A DNA stretch of 63,785 nt, counting the filler, from Dicyema japonicum (Eukaryota > Animalia > Dicyemida): the NCBI GenBank assembly GCA_011109175.1. It is 10 parts of 10 records of this genome, joined end to end, with 100 filler letters (N's around TTAATTAATTAA, not from the genome) between each part and the next. Parts side by side here need not be neighbours in the genome. Positions count along the whole stretch, not along the records: positions 21,392 to 23,694 come from RDEW01000367.1; positions 23,795 to 34,044 come from RDEW01000121.1; positions 34,145 to 35,859 come from RDEW01000011.1; positions 35,960 to 47,022 come from RDEW01000236.1; 6 more parts are not named here. One strand, written 5' to 3'. Position 1 is the stretch's first letter; each line of letters starts with the position of its first letter. The translations under genes and the position numbers were made by a program. This document shows, piece by piece, positions 22,480-36,422 of the stretch. The notes under the pieces are model-generated. The model had not been told where the DNA came from and did no database searches. It saw only the letters and a program-made list of their open reading frames with translations.

Positions 22480-23694
22480 ATATCGTTCTCGATTAAACAG
22501 AAGAGTTTACCCTGACCTAAAATCACTATTCTCCAAGTGGCTGTGATTATTTGGGAATGGCGTTAATATCGGAATCTGTTCATCAATTTTTGGAACGACC
22601 GATTACGATTGGTGATATTGGTAGTGATCATTTACCATTCCTTTAGAAAACTCAACCTAACTCCTTTAGAGGTCAAGCCTGCTCTAGTTCGCTATGATCT
22701 GACAAGTATTAACTGGGACCACTGCCGAAAAAGCATTGTTATATATTTGGAACTTTTGGGAATTTTTGTAATCCAGAGTCTTCCAAGTTGGATCTTGAGA
22801 GTTCGAGTGACTCAAATTGTTTTTTTATTCGTACCTCGAAGCATATAGTCGAATAAAGTCTATTCGGTTAACAAGAATTTTTTTTTTGACAACAAAAAAT
22901 ATTACAGTTTTTTTGAAAAGGAAACAATGTTTGAAAAACAAACTACGTCGATGTCCTGATCCCCATAACCGTATGCCCATGGAGCAGGAAATTATGATGA
23001 TCACGCAAGAAATACGCAGATTAGAAAAAGTTAAGAATAATTTTTGGATAGCTCAGTGGAGCGGATTGTATCGAAAAAAACCCAAACTTTTGGAAAGTCT
23101 AAATAAAGTAACCGGACGTAAATCCAAAATAGAAATTCCACTGTTGCCATGTCATGTGGGTCTCCTGTATTTTTAGAAGAAATTCCTATCCTGTTTAGGG
23201 ACGAACTCTCGAAAATACAGCAGGTTAACCCTGATGAGCGACTGTCTCGTTTGCCCATCAGTTTTCTAAAAGAAAAGCTGGAAAGTTGATTAGTTCTTTA
23301 CCTCTAAGTCACAGCCCTATAAATACTGGAGAAGTTGAAAATGCGGTAAATGCACCAAAAACAATGTTTGGAAAGGGCAAGATCGCTATTTGTTAATTCA
23401 AGAAGCACCCCAGGTACTCTATGAATATCTGGGATGTCTCTATACGTGCAGTATCAGGTTGGGTTATATACATTCGCAAAGGTTTTGCAAAGGTTTTCTT
23501 GGACACCTCTAAACCCTACACCTTTTGATGAATTTGTGAGGAAATCCGGAGCCTTACTACCCTACAAAAAAGTTAGAAATCCTCGCCCAATCCGGAAATG
23601 CGTTAGAACCCGGGAAGAACACCGAACAAGAATGAGATGTCTACTCGAGGCGGCCGGAATCACCTGGCGGCTATGTAGTTATTTAATTTGTCGG
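22480..23694 (+). pseudogene. Degenerate Jockey-like LINE ORF2
   Basis: IGDIGSDHLP; similarity to the 9924-11216 ORF; 3' EEHRTRMRCLLEAAGIT resembles 17620-17680. Confidence 0.6.
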
Positions 23695-23799
23695 NNNNNN
23701 NNNNNNNNNNNNNNNNNNNNNNNNNNNNNNNNNNNNNNTTAATTAATTAANNNNNNNNNNNNNNNNNNNNNNNNNNNNNNNNNNNNNNNNNNNNTCTTT

Positions 23800-24917
23800 T
23801 GACATTATGAGGTCCCACAGGCGACGGTCCTGTCTCTTTCAAACTATTTTTATATGCAGGAAGGCCCATAGGTTTGTTTTCCTTAACAGTTTGGAAACTT
23901 ACATGCACACACCACAACAACTATAATATTTTTCCTAAGAGATTAAAATAATTGATGTCATTCATTTTTCCTTTAATAAAAACAATATTTCCCACACCTT
24001 CATATGAGAAACTTTCCCAAATCATTAATCTTCATTCTCCGTACTTCACGGTTGCCACAATATTGCATTTTTGGAAGGCATGTCCATTTTCACAATAAAC
24101 AATTTGACGTTTTTTATTATTAAAAGCATCAAAAATTGATTCGTTCAAAAAAATGACTGTTTTCCATATGTCATCAGAGATGCTGAGAAATTTTTTTGCA
24201 AGTACCTATTTCGATTTAATATTTTTACTTTCAACAATAGTTTATGTTTTTCAACTCGAGCATAGAGACCACCTCTTTTCAAAATTCGACCAATTGTTCA
24301 AAGGGAAATATCAATATTGAATCGATCTATAGGAATGGCGGACAGAGATACAGTAGACATACACCGTGCGTTCCTCGATATTTTATATAACTCATTGGAT
24401 TGGTCGTTTGTCAAGATAGGTGGACGTCCTGACCCAATTTTCCTTTTGATTGAATCAATCTTTAGGAATAGCGGACAGAGATACAGTAGACATATACCGT
24501 ACATTCCTCGATATCACACATAACTCATTGGATTGGTCGTTTGTCAAGATAGGTGGACGTCCTGGCCCAATTTTCCTTTTTATAGATCCCGTATTTCATA
24601 TTTCTTAGTCACAAAGCCATCAGTTGATCTCGAGATATTCGATAGTATTGAGATCTCATTTATTGTTTTCCCAGAAGAATAGAGGCCAATAACGACTCCA
24701 CTAGTGAATTCAGTTAGTTGAGGCTTTGAAAGCATGTACATATTTTTGTCAATTCAGCAGCAACAAAAAATCCAAGTATTTATGTCAGGTCAATTATTAA
24801 ATACTGCGTTAAAATAAAATTATGAATACTATAAATTTAAATTAATTTAATATATTTTTTAGTAAATACACTAATGATCGTGTAAATTAATTAAAAAAAT
24901 ATTTTTATATGACAGGC
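23800..24917 (-). mobile_element. Tc1 transposon, degenerate, with left TIR
   Basis: GSGRPPILT, WKTVIF.NES and ATVKYG motifs; TIR (ta)cagtgcctgtcata at ~24905-24919. Confidence 0.75.
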
Positions 24918-25406
24918 ACTGTAGATTGTTAAAAATTAACAAAATAAAACATATGTTTTGAAAGTGAACAGAAAAAATAGGGGAAAATCCTATCATAATC
25001 ACGAAATTATTACGAAATGATTTGTGGATGTATTCGTAATAGTATTACTTTTCACACTTGAATATTATTCAATTTCTTATTTTTATAGAATAGCAGTCGA
25101 TCATAGAACTGATAATTCTGAAGTATGCAATTTGTATACAAATTAGACAATGCATGCCAAACTCATATAAAGTGTATTAAAATAATTTTATTGCTATCCA
25201 TATTTTTAATAGGAAATTACAAGGAAATACAAAGTATCTCCATGATAGGCATGAGGGATATAAATATTTTTTGTGTTAGAAATAGCTGAATAAAATAAAC
25301 AATTAAATTAAAAAATATTTTTATTTATTTTTAAGTCTCGCTATAAATATATGAGGAGGTCTAAGAATAACACAGAAAGCAAGAGAAGTAATTTAGAAAA
25401 ATCTTT

Positions 25407-25913
25407 ATGATTATAGATGTTTCTAAACATGAAGAACGTCACCGAGATAAAAAAAATCATTCAAAAAAGAGAATATTATATACTCAAAGACAAATTTATG
25501 AACTCGAAGATAGATTTAACTTCAATCGATATATTAACTTGGCGGAAAGAGAGAATTTAGGAGGCAGAATAAATTTAACTCAAGAACAAATTAGAACATG
25601 GTTTCAAAATCATCGATACAAAATAAAAAAAGATGCACAAAACACAAATTTCTCATTTTCAAAACTTTCCACTAATCAAATAATGTTCCAAGATTATTAT
25701 TCTCCTGATTTGCATGTAAATAATGTTTCTGAATATTATAAAGAGAATAATGAATGCTATTTTATACCCATACCATTACAAGCTACCGACTTTAATCAAA
25801 AAGATGAGCCCCCACGTCAAAAAATCAACATTCATACAAATCCTGGAAATGATGAAGGGAATTGGCAGTTACTAAAGGATATGATAGCTGAGTATTATCC
25901 AGAATTTCAATAA
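25407..25913 (+). CDS. NK2-class homeobox protein (NKX2-1/2-2 family-like), intronless
   Basis: KKRILYTQRQIYELEDRF...RYINLAERENL...LTQEQIRTWFQNHRYKIKK (NHRYK with Tyr54); TATA-like ctataaat near 25341. Confidence 0.85.
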   Translation: MIIDVSKHEERHRDKKNHSKKRILYTQRQIYELEDRFNFNRYINLAERENLGGRINLTQEQIRTWFQNHRYKIKKDAQNTNFSFSKLSTNQIMFQDYYSPDLHVNNVSEYYKENNECYFIPIPLQATDFNQKDEPPRQKINIHTNPGNDEGNWQLLKDMIAEYYPEFQ

Positions 25914-27059
25914 ACATAATACCATGTCTCTATATTATAAGATTTTGCGGAAATTTGAATTTCTATGAAAATTAATTAGACCCTACTCGAATATAAACCC
26001 CATCAGTTTTTATGGAATGACTCTATATCTCCAATCCTTTGATATTGCTAGTAACTCTTTATTAATAAAACGAAACTAATTAACTAATTAACTGCCTAAC
26101 TAAGTCCTGAGCTTTCGAAGTGAACAGGGGGTGGTACTCTACCCACCTACTTTCCTTCTTCCTCCTCTTCTCTCGCTCTGTAGACCTCCTAGAAGGTGCA
26201 GTCCAGCGCCTCTCGCTGACTAAATGTTAGGGAAAGACTGGATCGGCGAGCAAAGAAATACTCTCCAGAGTCCTCTTAACAGCAGAGTCCTCTTAGAGCA
26301 GTTGACTGCATATATGCCTGTAGAGACTTATCTTTCTCGCGGCTATCTTTGCGGCAATGTTTTCTCTCTACCTACTCTTTGGCCAAGGCTTCTGGGTGAT
26401 TTCTTCATAGGTTGTCTCTGCCGAGTACAAATAGAAAGAAATCTCGTCCATGGTCTCGGGAGCATTACGCACGATCGCCTAAAATATGGCACGATTGATG
26501 CAAGAGTAGTTTTTAAAAACTATTTACGTCTCGAAACAAAAGAGTTTATTTAGCTAAAAACGAAGAAAAATTCAGAAAAGAAATAGCATCAAACCAAATT
26601 TGGCAGAAGTAAAAGATTGGGTTTAGGGAGCTTGGGAGAATATTTCTGATGACTGTTTAGAAATCCCTCTGGAACAGGTTATCTTATTCTAGATGTTAAT
26701 TTAAAGAGTCTTTTTGTCTTCACGAAAGGTTGAATCCTCTGTTTTAACAAGCTCTTGAAATGAAGAGAAATGTCAATATTCTAACCGAATCTGTATTCGA
26801 AGATGTCCCGGAAACGAAGATTTGGATTTCGTCAAATAAATGGATCCGTAAATACTTAGTTTTATACTTTTACCTTGTTATGGTCTGTTTATCATGTTCC
26901 CTACTTTTAACTTGTTATGTTTCCGCTTATAAAGCATTTCGAAATATAATTTACGTGAAAAAAATACACCCTATTCGATAAAATTTGGCCTTTCCCCCTT
27001 TAAAAATATAAGCCCCGGCCTTATAATATAGAGAACACGGTATTTGATTGATTAAAAGA

Positions 27060-28920
27060 AAAAATCTTTTTAAAGCTCTAACGAACTAGTCGACAGCGTA
27101 TCATTGTTGTCACTAGATGTAGAAATAGTTGATCTTAGGTTGTTTAAAGATTCTAATTTATTACTGTCGGAATATGTATGATACCGGCATAACATTCACT
27201 TGAATCCGTTGATTTTATATTTGAATCATATTCGAAATGTGATATAATACCAACCGTAGAATTATTATTACTAGCCGCGAGTTCATTTCCAACTTCTTGG
27301 AAATTAAAATTAGAGGCTTAAAACCAGAAGATATGTTTTTATTTTTTAAATCAATCATATTCGAAATGTGATATAATACCAACCGTAGAATTATTATTAC
27401 TAGCCGCGAGTTCATTTCCAACTTCTTGGAAATTAAAATTAGAGGCTTAAAACCAGAAGATATGTTTTTATTTTTTAAATCTTCTTCCTGAAACAAACTC
27501 TCAACATATTGATCTAATAAATAGTTGCACAAACAAACAAACAATATTTGGTTGTTTGAAATATTTGAGAGGCTACAATTTCATTTCTCAAATCGCAGAT
27601 ATTTCCGAAAGGAGTTTGCTTTTAACTAAGAAATAGTTTTTTACTGCGAGTTTTTCTTGATACTGAGAATTCTTCAATTCTCCGTAAATAGGAAAATTCT
27701 TGAAAATTGGTGACTGGCAATCGATTTGGGGTGTTTTAAAAACATTTTCACTACTATCTGGGACTAAATATATATCGTCACCATTGCATATAGTCTTTTT
27801 GGCCGAATTCGGAATTTTTTTTATTAACTTTTTTGGTTCTATCATATAAAAACATTTTCACTACTATCTGGGACTAAATATATATCGTCACCATTGCATA
27901 TAGTCTTTTTGGCCGAATTCGGAATTTTTTTTATTAACTTTTTTGGTTCTATCAATTATTTTTACTTAGATATTTTTTTGATACATAAACTCTTCACTTG
28001 TCACTATTCTTATGTCCCAAATCTTTTTATCCACGGAAGACTGATACTTTCTAAACCTTTAGTGGAAGCATCCTCCACCTGTTAAAGCATACATTCAAAT
28101 TAAACAAACCACTTTATCTCGGACTTTAGTACTTAATTTCTAATCAAATTAAAATTAGCGAAATTTAACTTTACATAAAAGTACATCTCCTGAATCATCT
28201 GATTCGATTCTATTTGGTAACTCGAAATCCTCAAAAATAATTTCCTCAGTGCGATCTATACAATTGCAAAATTAAGTTTAACCTGTTATAAGTTCTTCAG
28301 ATATTTGCTTTTCATCATTTCTCTGATTCAACTTTGCCTCTAATTTAGCAATAATATCGTTTTTTGAATTGATTATCTCAATTAGATTATCTTTCTCCAA
28401 CATATTAAATCCGTACTTAAAAACTATTCTGGTAGAATTTTACCTCAATGTTTGTTATGTTTATTCTACGCAGTTCGGTGATTAATTCAGTCTTCTACAA
28501 AAATGTAAATAAAAAAATTTGTTGGCTGTATTTTTTATTGATAATATTAAATTATAGATTACTTTCTGTAAGCAATGTAAGCAATAAAATGTTGCTGAAC
28601 AATATTTTTCAATCTAAATTTTATATGTTAATAATTTCAAACAATTTTTTCAAGCCGTAAATTATGTTTTCTGAGAAGATCAATTTCATCGTTCATTGAA
28701 ATATTTTTTCGTTCGATTCTGAATGATCTCCTGAAGATGTTTCATTATTCTAACCAATCTGTTATTTTGTGTTTATTTACCGTATATTTTGTTTCGAAAA
28801 GAAATTTAATATTCTTGGTCAGTTCCAATATTTCGTTTGTTACCCACAAACTCTTATGGGCCATTTCATTAACATTAATTAGATTATGAGTGTCAAGCGA
28901 ATATTCAGACGAATAGAGAC
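27060..28920 (-). CDS. Uncharacterised coiled-coil-like gene with mini-introns (approximate)
   Basis: E/K/N-rich open segments separated by short GT-AG stretches; no domain recognised. Confidence 0.35.
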
Positions 28921-29149
28921 CTAAAATAATTATATACAGTAAATACTCGCAAATTCGCCAATTCTTAGATTCGCCTTTTTTAACAAAAAAATTCTAGTTT
29001 TAATGGGAATTCGCCACAATTTTTCAAAATTTTTAAATAAAAATTTGATAAATAATACATTTTTAAAAAGCATAGCGAAACGTGGGTTTAGTAGTAATTA
29101 CACGCGAGTTACAATTAAACAAAAATTGAAATTTTCTGTTATAAAGATG

Positions 29150-30340
29150 AAAATAAACGGCGCTATCTAAAATCCTCGAAAGACTAATCCTTTCACGAGT
29201 ATCGAAACACTTACCAACTTCCCACACCCAACATGGTTTCAAACCACTGCACTCAACAACTACTCACTTAACAACGCTTTCACAATTCGTCCTGGACGGC
29301 TTCAATGAGAAGAGACCGCCAAAACGAACAGTTCTAGCTTCCATCGACATATCTAAGGCTTTTGACAGCGTCCCTCGATGCGGTCTCACCAAGAAAATCC
29401 TCACGACCGGCCTAGACTCAAACTACAAATCCTGGCTTGCAAACTTCTTATCGGGCCGCATGGGTTACGTCTCCCTCATGGACCATTGTTCCAAACAACG
29501 CTATCTTCCAAACGGGGTACCGCAGGGTTCCGTGCTGTCTCCATCCCTGTTCAACCTTTACTTGCACGACTTTCCGGCGAACGACCCAAACAACTTGACA
29601 CTATCTTACGCAGACGACATTATTATTGCCTCAAAACACGAAGACTACAAAGCCGCCTCCTTCAACATTCAGCAACAACTATACTCCGTTGAGAATTGGC
29701 TCAGCGAAAACAGGCTCGAGGCCTCGTCCTCCAAGTCCTCGGTCACCCTATTATCTTCCGACAGAAGACAAACAAACATACATCCCAAGCTATCTCTCTT
29801 TGGCTCTGACCTCCCACTATCAAAACACCCCACTGTTCTCGGACTAACCTTTGACCCAACCATGTCCTTCAACAAACATGTCTCGAAGATCTCCGACAAG
29901 GCTAACAGGCGTACAAACATCCTGAAAGCAATAAGTGGTCGCATCACTGGTGCGCAGAAACCACTTCTCAAACGTGTGTATAAACAATACATTCGCCCTG
30001 TCCTAAGCTACGCGAGTCCGAGCTGGGCTCCCTGTCTATCTATGAGCTCCTCTGTGGCTCTCCAATCAATTCAAACTCGTTTCCGCTCGGGCCATCACCG
30101 CTCACTAAACTTCTACGCTCACTCATTGAACGACGTGATCTCCCCTTTATGCAACCTCTGCTGTGCCGACGATCACTCAACCGATCACCTTTTCCGCTGC
30201 CCTGTTCTCCTCCCTATCCGCAGGAAATTTGCTGTCCACTCCCCCGAGGTCCTTTGGGAGCAACCCGCGAAGGCGCTGTTGTTTCTGCTAGCCGCCGGTC
30301 TCATACCCTAATGTGAGACCGGGGTTATGCAACAACAATA
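29150..30340 (+). mobile_element. 5'-truncated, internally deleted Jockey/I-like LINE (RT plus 3' end, CAA tail), probably nested in a Tigger element
   Basis: DISKAFDSV, GVPQGSVLSP, YADD and IRPVLSYAS motifs; same 3' end as 1-292. Confidence 0.88.
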
Positions 30341-30344
30341 TTTG

Positions 30345-31440
30345 CTTTGAATCTGAATAGATCTTCATCACTACTGTTATCATCCCAGAAACTCTCCAAA
30401 ATCGGATTTTCCACATATCCGAATCAATCAGACTTTCTCCGATGTCCTCTTTTTCACGACACTCATATTCCAAAGCTTTCTCAAAGCAATGTCGTTTTGA
30501 AATGTCTGTAATGTCCCATGCCAATTTCGAACATGAAATAGCATCCAATATTGTGATTCCCTTTATTGCTTCATCTATTTGTGCTGCAGGATTTTTATTA
30601 TAGATAATCGTTTTCACCATCCAGTTATTGAAATGATCTTTAAATGCCTTTATTATTCCTTGGTACATGGCTGAATTAAGAAACTTGTATTTTTTGGAAA
30701 AAATATTACGTCGACGTTTGAAAGTTTGGCAGAAACAGCATGACAAGTTGCATTGTCAATTAACAATGCTATTTTCCTTCTTTTCTCCCTCATTTCCTCG
30801 TTAAATCGAGATAACCAATTTTCAAAAATAATTTTTGTCATCCAGGCTTTGCACGAAGCATCCTATTCAATGCCGATTTCTTTCAGATTCACACCTTTTA
30901 ATACTCTTGGTGACTTCGCACGCCCAATTATAAGCGGTTTATATTTTTCTCCTATGTAACTGCAACACAAAAGAAGTGTCATACGTTCTTTTCTTATTTT
31001 ATATCCGCTGTGTGACTTATTTCTTTCAACAAAACTCTTTTTGGAAACAGCTTTATAAAATAATGCAGTTTCATCACAGTTGAAAATGTTTTCTCCGCAA
31101 TAGTTTTCATGCAAATCATTGAAAGTCGATCGGAAATTTTACGCACCTCCTTTATCAGCTGATCGTGATTCGTCATGTAATATTCTGAATTTTATTTCGA
31201 ATTGTTTCTTGAATCTGTAAAGCCATCCATTAGAAGCAGTGAAATCATGATTTGAATTTTTATACGCAATTTTACGTGCAATAATCTTTAAGGTTGGCCC
31301 ATTGATTGGGAAACCTTTCAATCAGAGATTACGAAAAATCTCGTAAACTTTGACTTTCAATTCGGATCCAATTCTCCCTACCGATGTTGAGAAGCCTTGA
31401 GAATATATTCCTTCCCTTTTCTTTTTTAGTCGGTATAGCA
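30345..31440 (-). mobile_element. pogo/Tigger transposase, frameshifted
   Basis: FTASNGWLYRFK (CENP-B HTH), FNCDETALF, LLIDNATCH and QP.YQGIIKAFK motifs; TIR-like tacagta at ~28935. Confidence 0.85.
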
Positions 31441-31625
31441 TTCCTTTAGATCAGGGTTTCCCAAACTTTTTCTTTCGCGACACCCCTAAAAATGTTAACT
31501 TTATCCTCGGCACCCCTAAATAATATTTTAAATAAATATTTGTTAACAACTAAACTGAATAATGATTCAGTTCTAATTCTAAAATTTAACCTTTTTTTAA
31601 CAATTCTTTCAATTCGTGATTTGCC

Positions 31626-31742
31626 AGGGTGGCACAGTGGTCTTGGACCATAGTGACTTAGGTCGCGTGTTCGAGTCTGGCCCTGTTCATCTTGCGGAAG
31701 GTTCCACGCATCTACGATGCCTAATGGCTTGACGAGTGACGC
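31626..31742 (+). mobile_element. tRNA-derived SINE copy, truncated in the core
   Basis: Highly similar to 759-880. Confidence 0.75.
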
Positions 31743-32420
31743 CGAAGTGCAATCAGCAATTTTAAAATTGAAGAATAATCGATCTCCGGGACCCGATAAC
31801 ATTAACTCCGAACTACTGAAATACGGGCCATATATACTATTTGAAACAATTGCTAAATTGCTGAACGAATGTTCACATCGAATTCTTCTCTACCCGTGGG
31901 GAAAGGCATTCTAATCCCAATTCAAAAACCACATAAGCCGAAAGGCCCTTTGGAGAACCTACGGCCGGTCATTCTTCTAAACTCTCTTCGAAAAGTGATT
32001 GCACTGATCATCCTGAATCGAATAAAAGAGCCTGTCGACGAATACCTTTCTGCCAGTCATAGTGGGTTCAGACAAGGGAGATCTACAGCGGATATTGTAT
32101 GGAGCCATCGATGGAGATGCGCTATATCTCAAAGATTCAAATGTGCAACCACACTTTTGGGAATTGACATGTCCAGGGCCTTTGACACAATAAACAGGGC
32201 AAAGCTAATTGAGGTGTTACAACGCTTTTTGGATGAAAGCTCGGTTAGAGTAATTAGATTGCTTCTCGCCAACACTGAACTTGAAGTAAGAATAAGAGGA
32301 CACAAGTCGATGAGTTTTGAAACGACACTGGGAACGCCTCAGGGAGACTCATGATCTCCATTGCTATTCGTAATATACTTGGAGTCGGCCTTACGAGATC
32401 TAAGACCATATTACAAAGGT
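31740..32420 (+). mobile_element. RTE-like LINE RT fragment
   Basis: SPGPDNINSELLK, NLRPVILLN, GFRQGRSTAD, DMSRAFDTI and GTPQGDS motifs. Confidence 0.8.
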
Positions 32421-32474
32421 GGAACCGAGCGATAAATTTTATTAAAAATGTTAATTAAAATTTTTAATTTAGTA

Positions 32475-33860
32475 CAGTATAACCTCCATTTGGGGCATCA
32501 ATTTTGAAAAATTGCCCCCAAAATGGAGGTTTCCCCAAAAATGGAGGTCTGAAATTTTCTTCATTTTTATAAACATTTTAATAGTTTTAGCATATTTTTC
32601 ATTATTTATAAATAAGTAAAGTATTTTTAAGAACATTTAAACATTTTTTCCATTAATTTTATTGATAATTAGAGTATTTTTTAAGTAGTAATTTAGTTTT
32701 ATTCTATTACACGAAAATAATCTGTTATTTTGTTTCCTGTTGCAGATTTCTTCATATGTATGCCCAATATTTTTCTGAATGAATTAATGAGGTTGTATTT
32801 TTTGGGAGAAAAAACAATTAAATGTTGGAAAGATAGATATATTTGTGACAGCTTCAACATCCTTGCTAATTTGGAAGCAATATTTTTTAAAAGAGGACCG
32901 GACACAGGAATAAATTCTTCCTTTGTCTTGGTGAAAGCCTCAAAAACAATTTTATCCAATATTTAGGATAAAGTATGAGGAGAGCGTTGAATATTTCTGG
33001 GAAAATCTGTTTGAACAGCCCCAGTATTAAAAAAATTGAGATAATTTTTTTAATACGTGACACAGCGCCTAAAAAAAGGCCTTTTTCGCCGAGCCATAGT
33101 ATTTTATAACTCAGCATAGGCTGGACACACACTATTATTTTAAGTGAAGAGGAGTTAATTTTTAATTAATCGTAGGTAGCCGAGGAATGAAGTTATCTTC
33201 ACTTGTTTTTTCTTTGTTTCTCATGTGCTCAGTCCAAGATAGACGCTCCAGTTCCGCAGTGAGTCCTCACTGATGACTGCGTCACTAGGCATCGTAGAAA
33301 GCCATTAGGCATCGTAGAAAACTTACATTAATAAACAACCTTTACTAATTTTGTACTTATCTACAATATCTCGTTCAGTTTAATAGCAAATNCTAATTTT
33401 CTACTTATCTACAATATCTCGTTCAGTAAGATGTTTATTTTCACTTAATTCCTTGGCAATTTTGATCTTTAACTCAAGACTAAGCTTACGAGCCATAACA
33501 ACAAGAATACAAAAATTACACGAGGCTTCCAAATAAAATTTTATATAATTAATTTTAATTTTAATAGCAAATATGTATATAAATTGAAAATCCTGTGCCC
33601 CACTTAGAGGTTCCGGTAATTTCTAAATTTGGAAATTACCGCATAAAAATTATATCTTTTTCAAACTACCCCAAAAATAGAGGTTTCCCCAGAAATAGAG
33701 GTTCCCCAACCTGTGCCCCACTTAGAGGTTCCGGTAATTTCTAAATTTGGAAATTACCGCATAAAAATTATATCCTTTTCAAACTACCCCAAAAATAGAG
33801 GTTTCCCCAAAAATAGAGGTTCCCCAAGGCAGAGGTCTGCCCCAAATGGAGGTTATACTG
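32475..33860 (-). mobile_element. Non-autonomous pogo/Tigger element with perfect 23-bp TIRs and TA TSD
   Basis: cagtataacctccatttggggca at 32475 and its reverse complement at 33838-33860, flanked by TA. Internal transposase remnants (IPVSGPLL, KITDYF). Confidence 0.88.
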
Positions 33861-34144
33861 TACTAATCAGAGCCCAAATGGCAGGTTTGTCGATTAATAC
33901 CACGAATGGAGTGAGAATTATGTAGCCAAATTGAGCAAATTCTTTTCTGTATAAGGCAATTCTGCCTTCTAGAATGTTGTATTCATGATATTTTTCTGTG
34001 TATATATTTGAGAGAGATTTCTTTGAATGGTGAAAAATAAAATTNNNNNNNNNNNNNNNNNNNNNNNNNNNNNNNNNNNNNNNNNNNNTTAATTAATTAA
34101 NNNNNNNNNNNNNNNNNNNNNNNNNNNNNNNNNNNNNNNNNNNN

Positions 34145-34220
34145 ATTAGGTGTTGTATTGGGTGTTGTATTAGGTGTTGTATTAAATGTTGTCTTGGGTG
34201 CTGTATTGGGTGTTGTATTC
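34145..34220. repeat. 12-bp tandem repeat (ggtgttgtatta/g)
   Basis: Directly visible; reads TTPN repeats on the minus strand. Confidence 0.8.
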
Positions 34221-36422
34221 GGTCGAAAACACGCTTTTTTGTTGATATTCGACTGGTTCCGACGAAAACTATAAAAAGTAATCAAATTTGGAGACCACCA
34301 ACCCAAATTGATTTGGTCGAAAAATGGTCCCTATATTCAACTGTTGAGCAGTTAGAGATTGATAGTAGACTTGAGGGTATTGTTGATCTAACATATAAAT
34401 CCATTTATTTTGTGAAATACAATAATAGACAGGCTGGAGAGGAATGAAATTGATTGGATATCCATTAAATTGATTATACACTTCTGGAACGAATTGAGTT
34501 TCTGGGGGCGTATAATTGTTTGTATTTTCAGATTCACCCTTAAAATGTGTTATGATCAGTGATACAGTATTATTGTAGTTATTCGCCATGTAGAGAGGCA
34601 TGTATGCATCTCTTAATGTAAACTAACTGATTATTTTAAAATTCAACACTGTCAGTCGGGAGTAGGCTGACGACGCAGTCCGTGGAATAGTTATTGGCAT
34701 ACAAGAGCCACCTATCCTCGAACATTCGCCACCCAGTTATGTCGCCCCGGGTGATTCCATAGAAGGTGGACAGGTTGTCCCAGAGTAACTGTGATGAATA
34801 CACCATGACAGTACTTTTTCAGTTCTCATTTCAATTCCGTTTAAAATTCCGTTCACTTCTATGACTCTTGTGGATATTATTCCTTTTACTTTTGTTCGAG
34901 TCGGGTCAAATATAAGAAAAGACGAGTCTAAAAATGTGCTTTGATAAATATGATTATACTTTTAACTGCGGATGTTAGGTCTTCAAGTGTTGCTCGAAAT
35001 TTTCTCATTATCCTGAAGGAAAGGATTTCTTCGAGCTTTACAAACCCGAATTCGTCTGAAAGTGTTTCGAGATGCCTGTCACTCATCATATTTGTGCTAA
35101 TTTATGATTACAGTTTAGTTACTCGGAAAGATAATATTCGAGTTGGTACTGTATCTGGTAGGGCTGGTCTTTTTCTACAAGAAAGCGAAGCTTATGCTCA
35201 TTCTGATGATTGTATAGATTCATTCTCAGCGATTTCAACTGCAAAAGTACCGTTAATCTAGACTATATATCCCCCATTGAGACACGTGAAATTTGCACGG
35301 TAGTAAGTCAAATTACGTGGGCTAATTTAGCTCTGGATACTGATTAAAACACGTAATTATTATAATTAGTGTTTCCTCATCCCCAGTTATTAGGAAGCAA
35401 CTCACTTTTTTGAAGGTGGTATTCTTCAATCTTAAATTATTTCAAATAATCGAATATAGATATGGATTACTTGTTATGTTTACTTGTACAGATTAAATGT
35501 TGTGTCATTTAGATTTGAAAGTCAATTAATAATCATTTACATTTCTCAATTTGGCTTATTTTTAGTGTTTTATTCAAATTATTTACATTGTCTGAGAATA
35601 TGGTGGATACAATGCAGACAAATCAATTCTAAATAAGTACCACTCAATTATTTATTTAATCTATTTAATTTCTTCTTTCAAAATGTATATATGTAATCCT
35701 ACGGAGACACGACACAAATGACAGCGACCGTGGTGAGCACAAATAAGACACGTGATTCTCGTTGCCATCAGGGATGTTTGTTTCAGTGACAGGCTTAAAT
35801 ATCGTTGTTAACTTGAATTCGGGTATACAACCACATTGTCAACGTCGAGACAACGGAGTNNNNNNNNNNNNNNNNNNNNNNNNNNNNNNNNNNNNNNNNN
35901 NNNTTAATTAATTAANNNNNNNNNNNNNNNNNNNNNNNNNNNNNNNNNNNNNNNNNNNNGTGGAGTCTTTGGGTCCAAGACGGTTTCTTTTCTAAGATCG
36001 CTTTGGTCAATAGTTTCTAAAGTCAGAAACGATCGTCGGGAAGGCGAATGGTTGTTCCAAAGGATTTCTATGGCATTTGTGGGAGGAAGAGCCATTCCAT
36101 TATATCAGCTAAATTATTTTGATTGTCTTGTTTTCTTAATTTACTATAAAATTGTATTTAAATATAACAAAATGCGAAAAACGGAAATATCAAATACTTA
36201 ATTATGCATAAACTCACCTTATAGACGATTAAATCATTTAAATTCCGATGGACAGAGAGTGGTACATAAAATACTGGTATACGTTTCGCAAAATAGATTA
36301 CAAGGAAATAAAAAACGGTTGAATTTATGGAGTAATTATAAGAGCTCTCATCAGAATTTACGCATACTGTCGGCAATGTGAGGTCTTTGGATTCTAGAAT
36401 TAACAAACGCCAGTGGTACATC

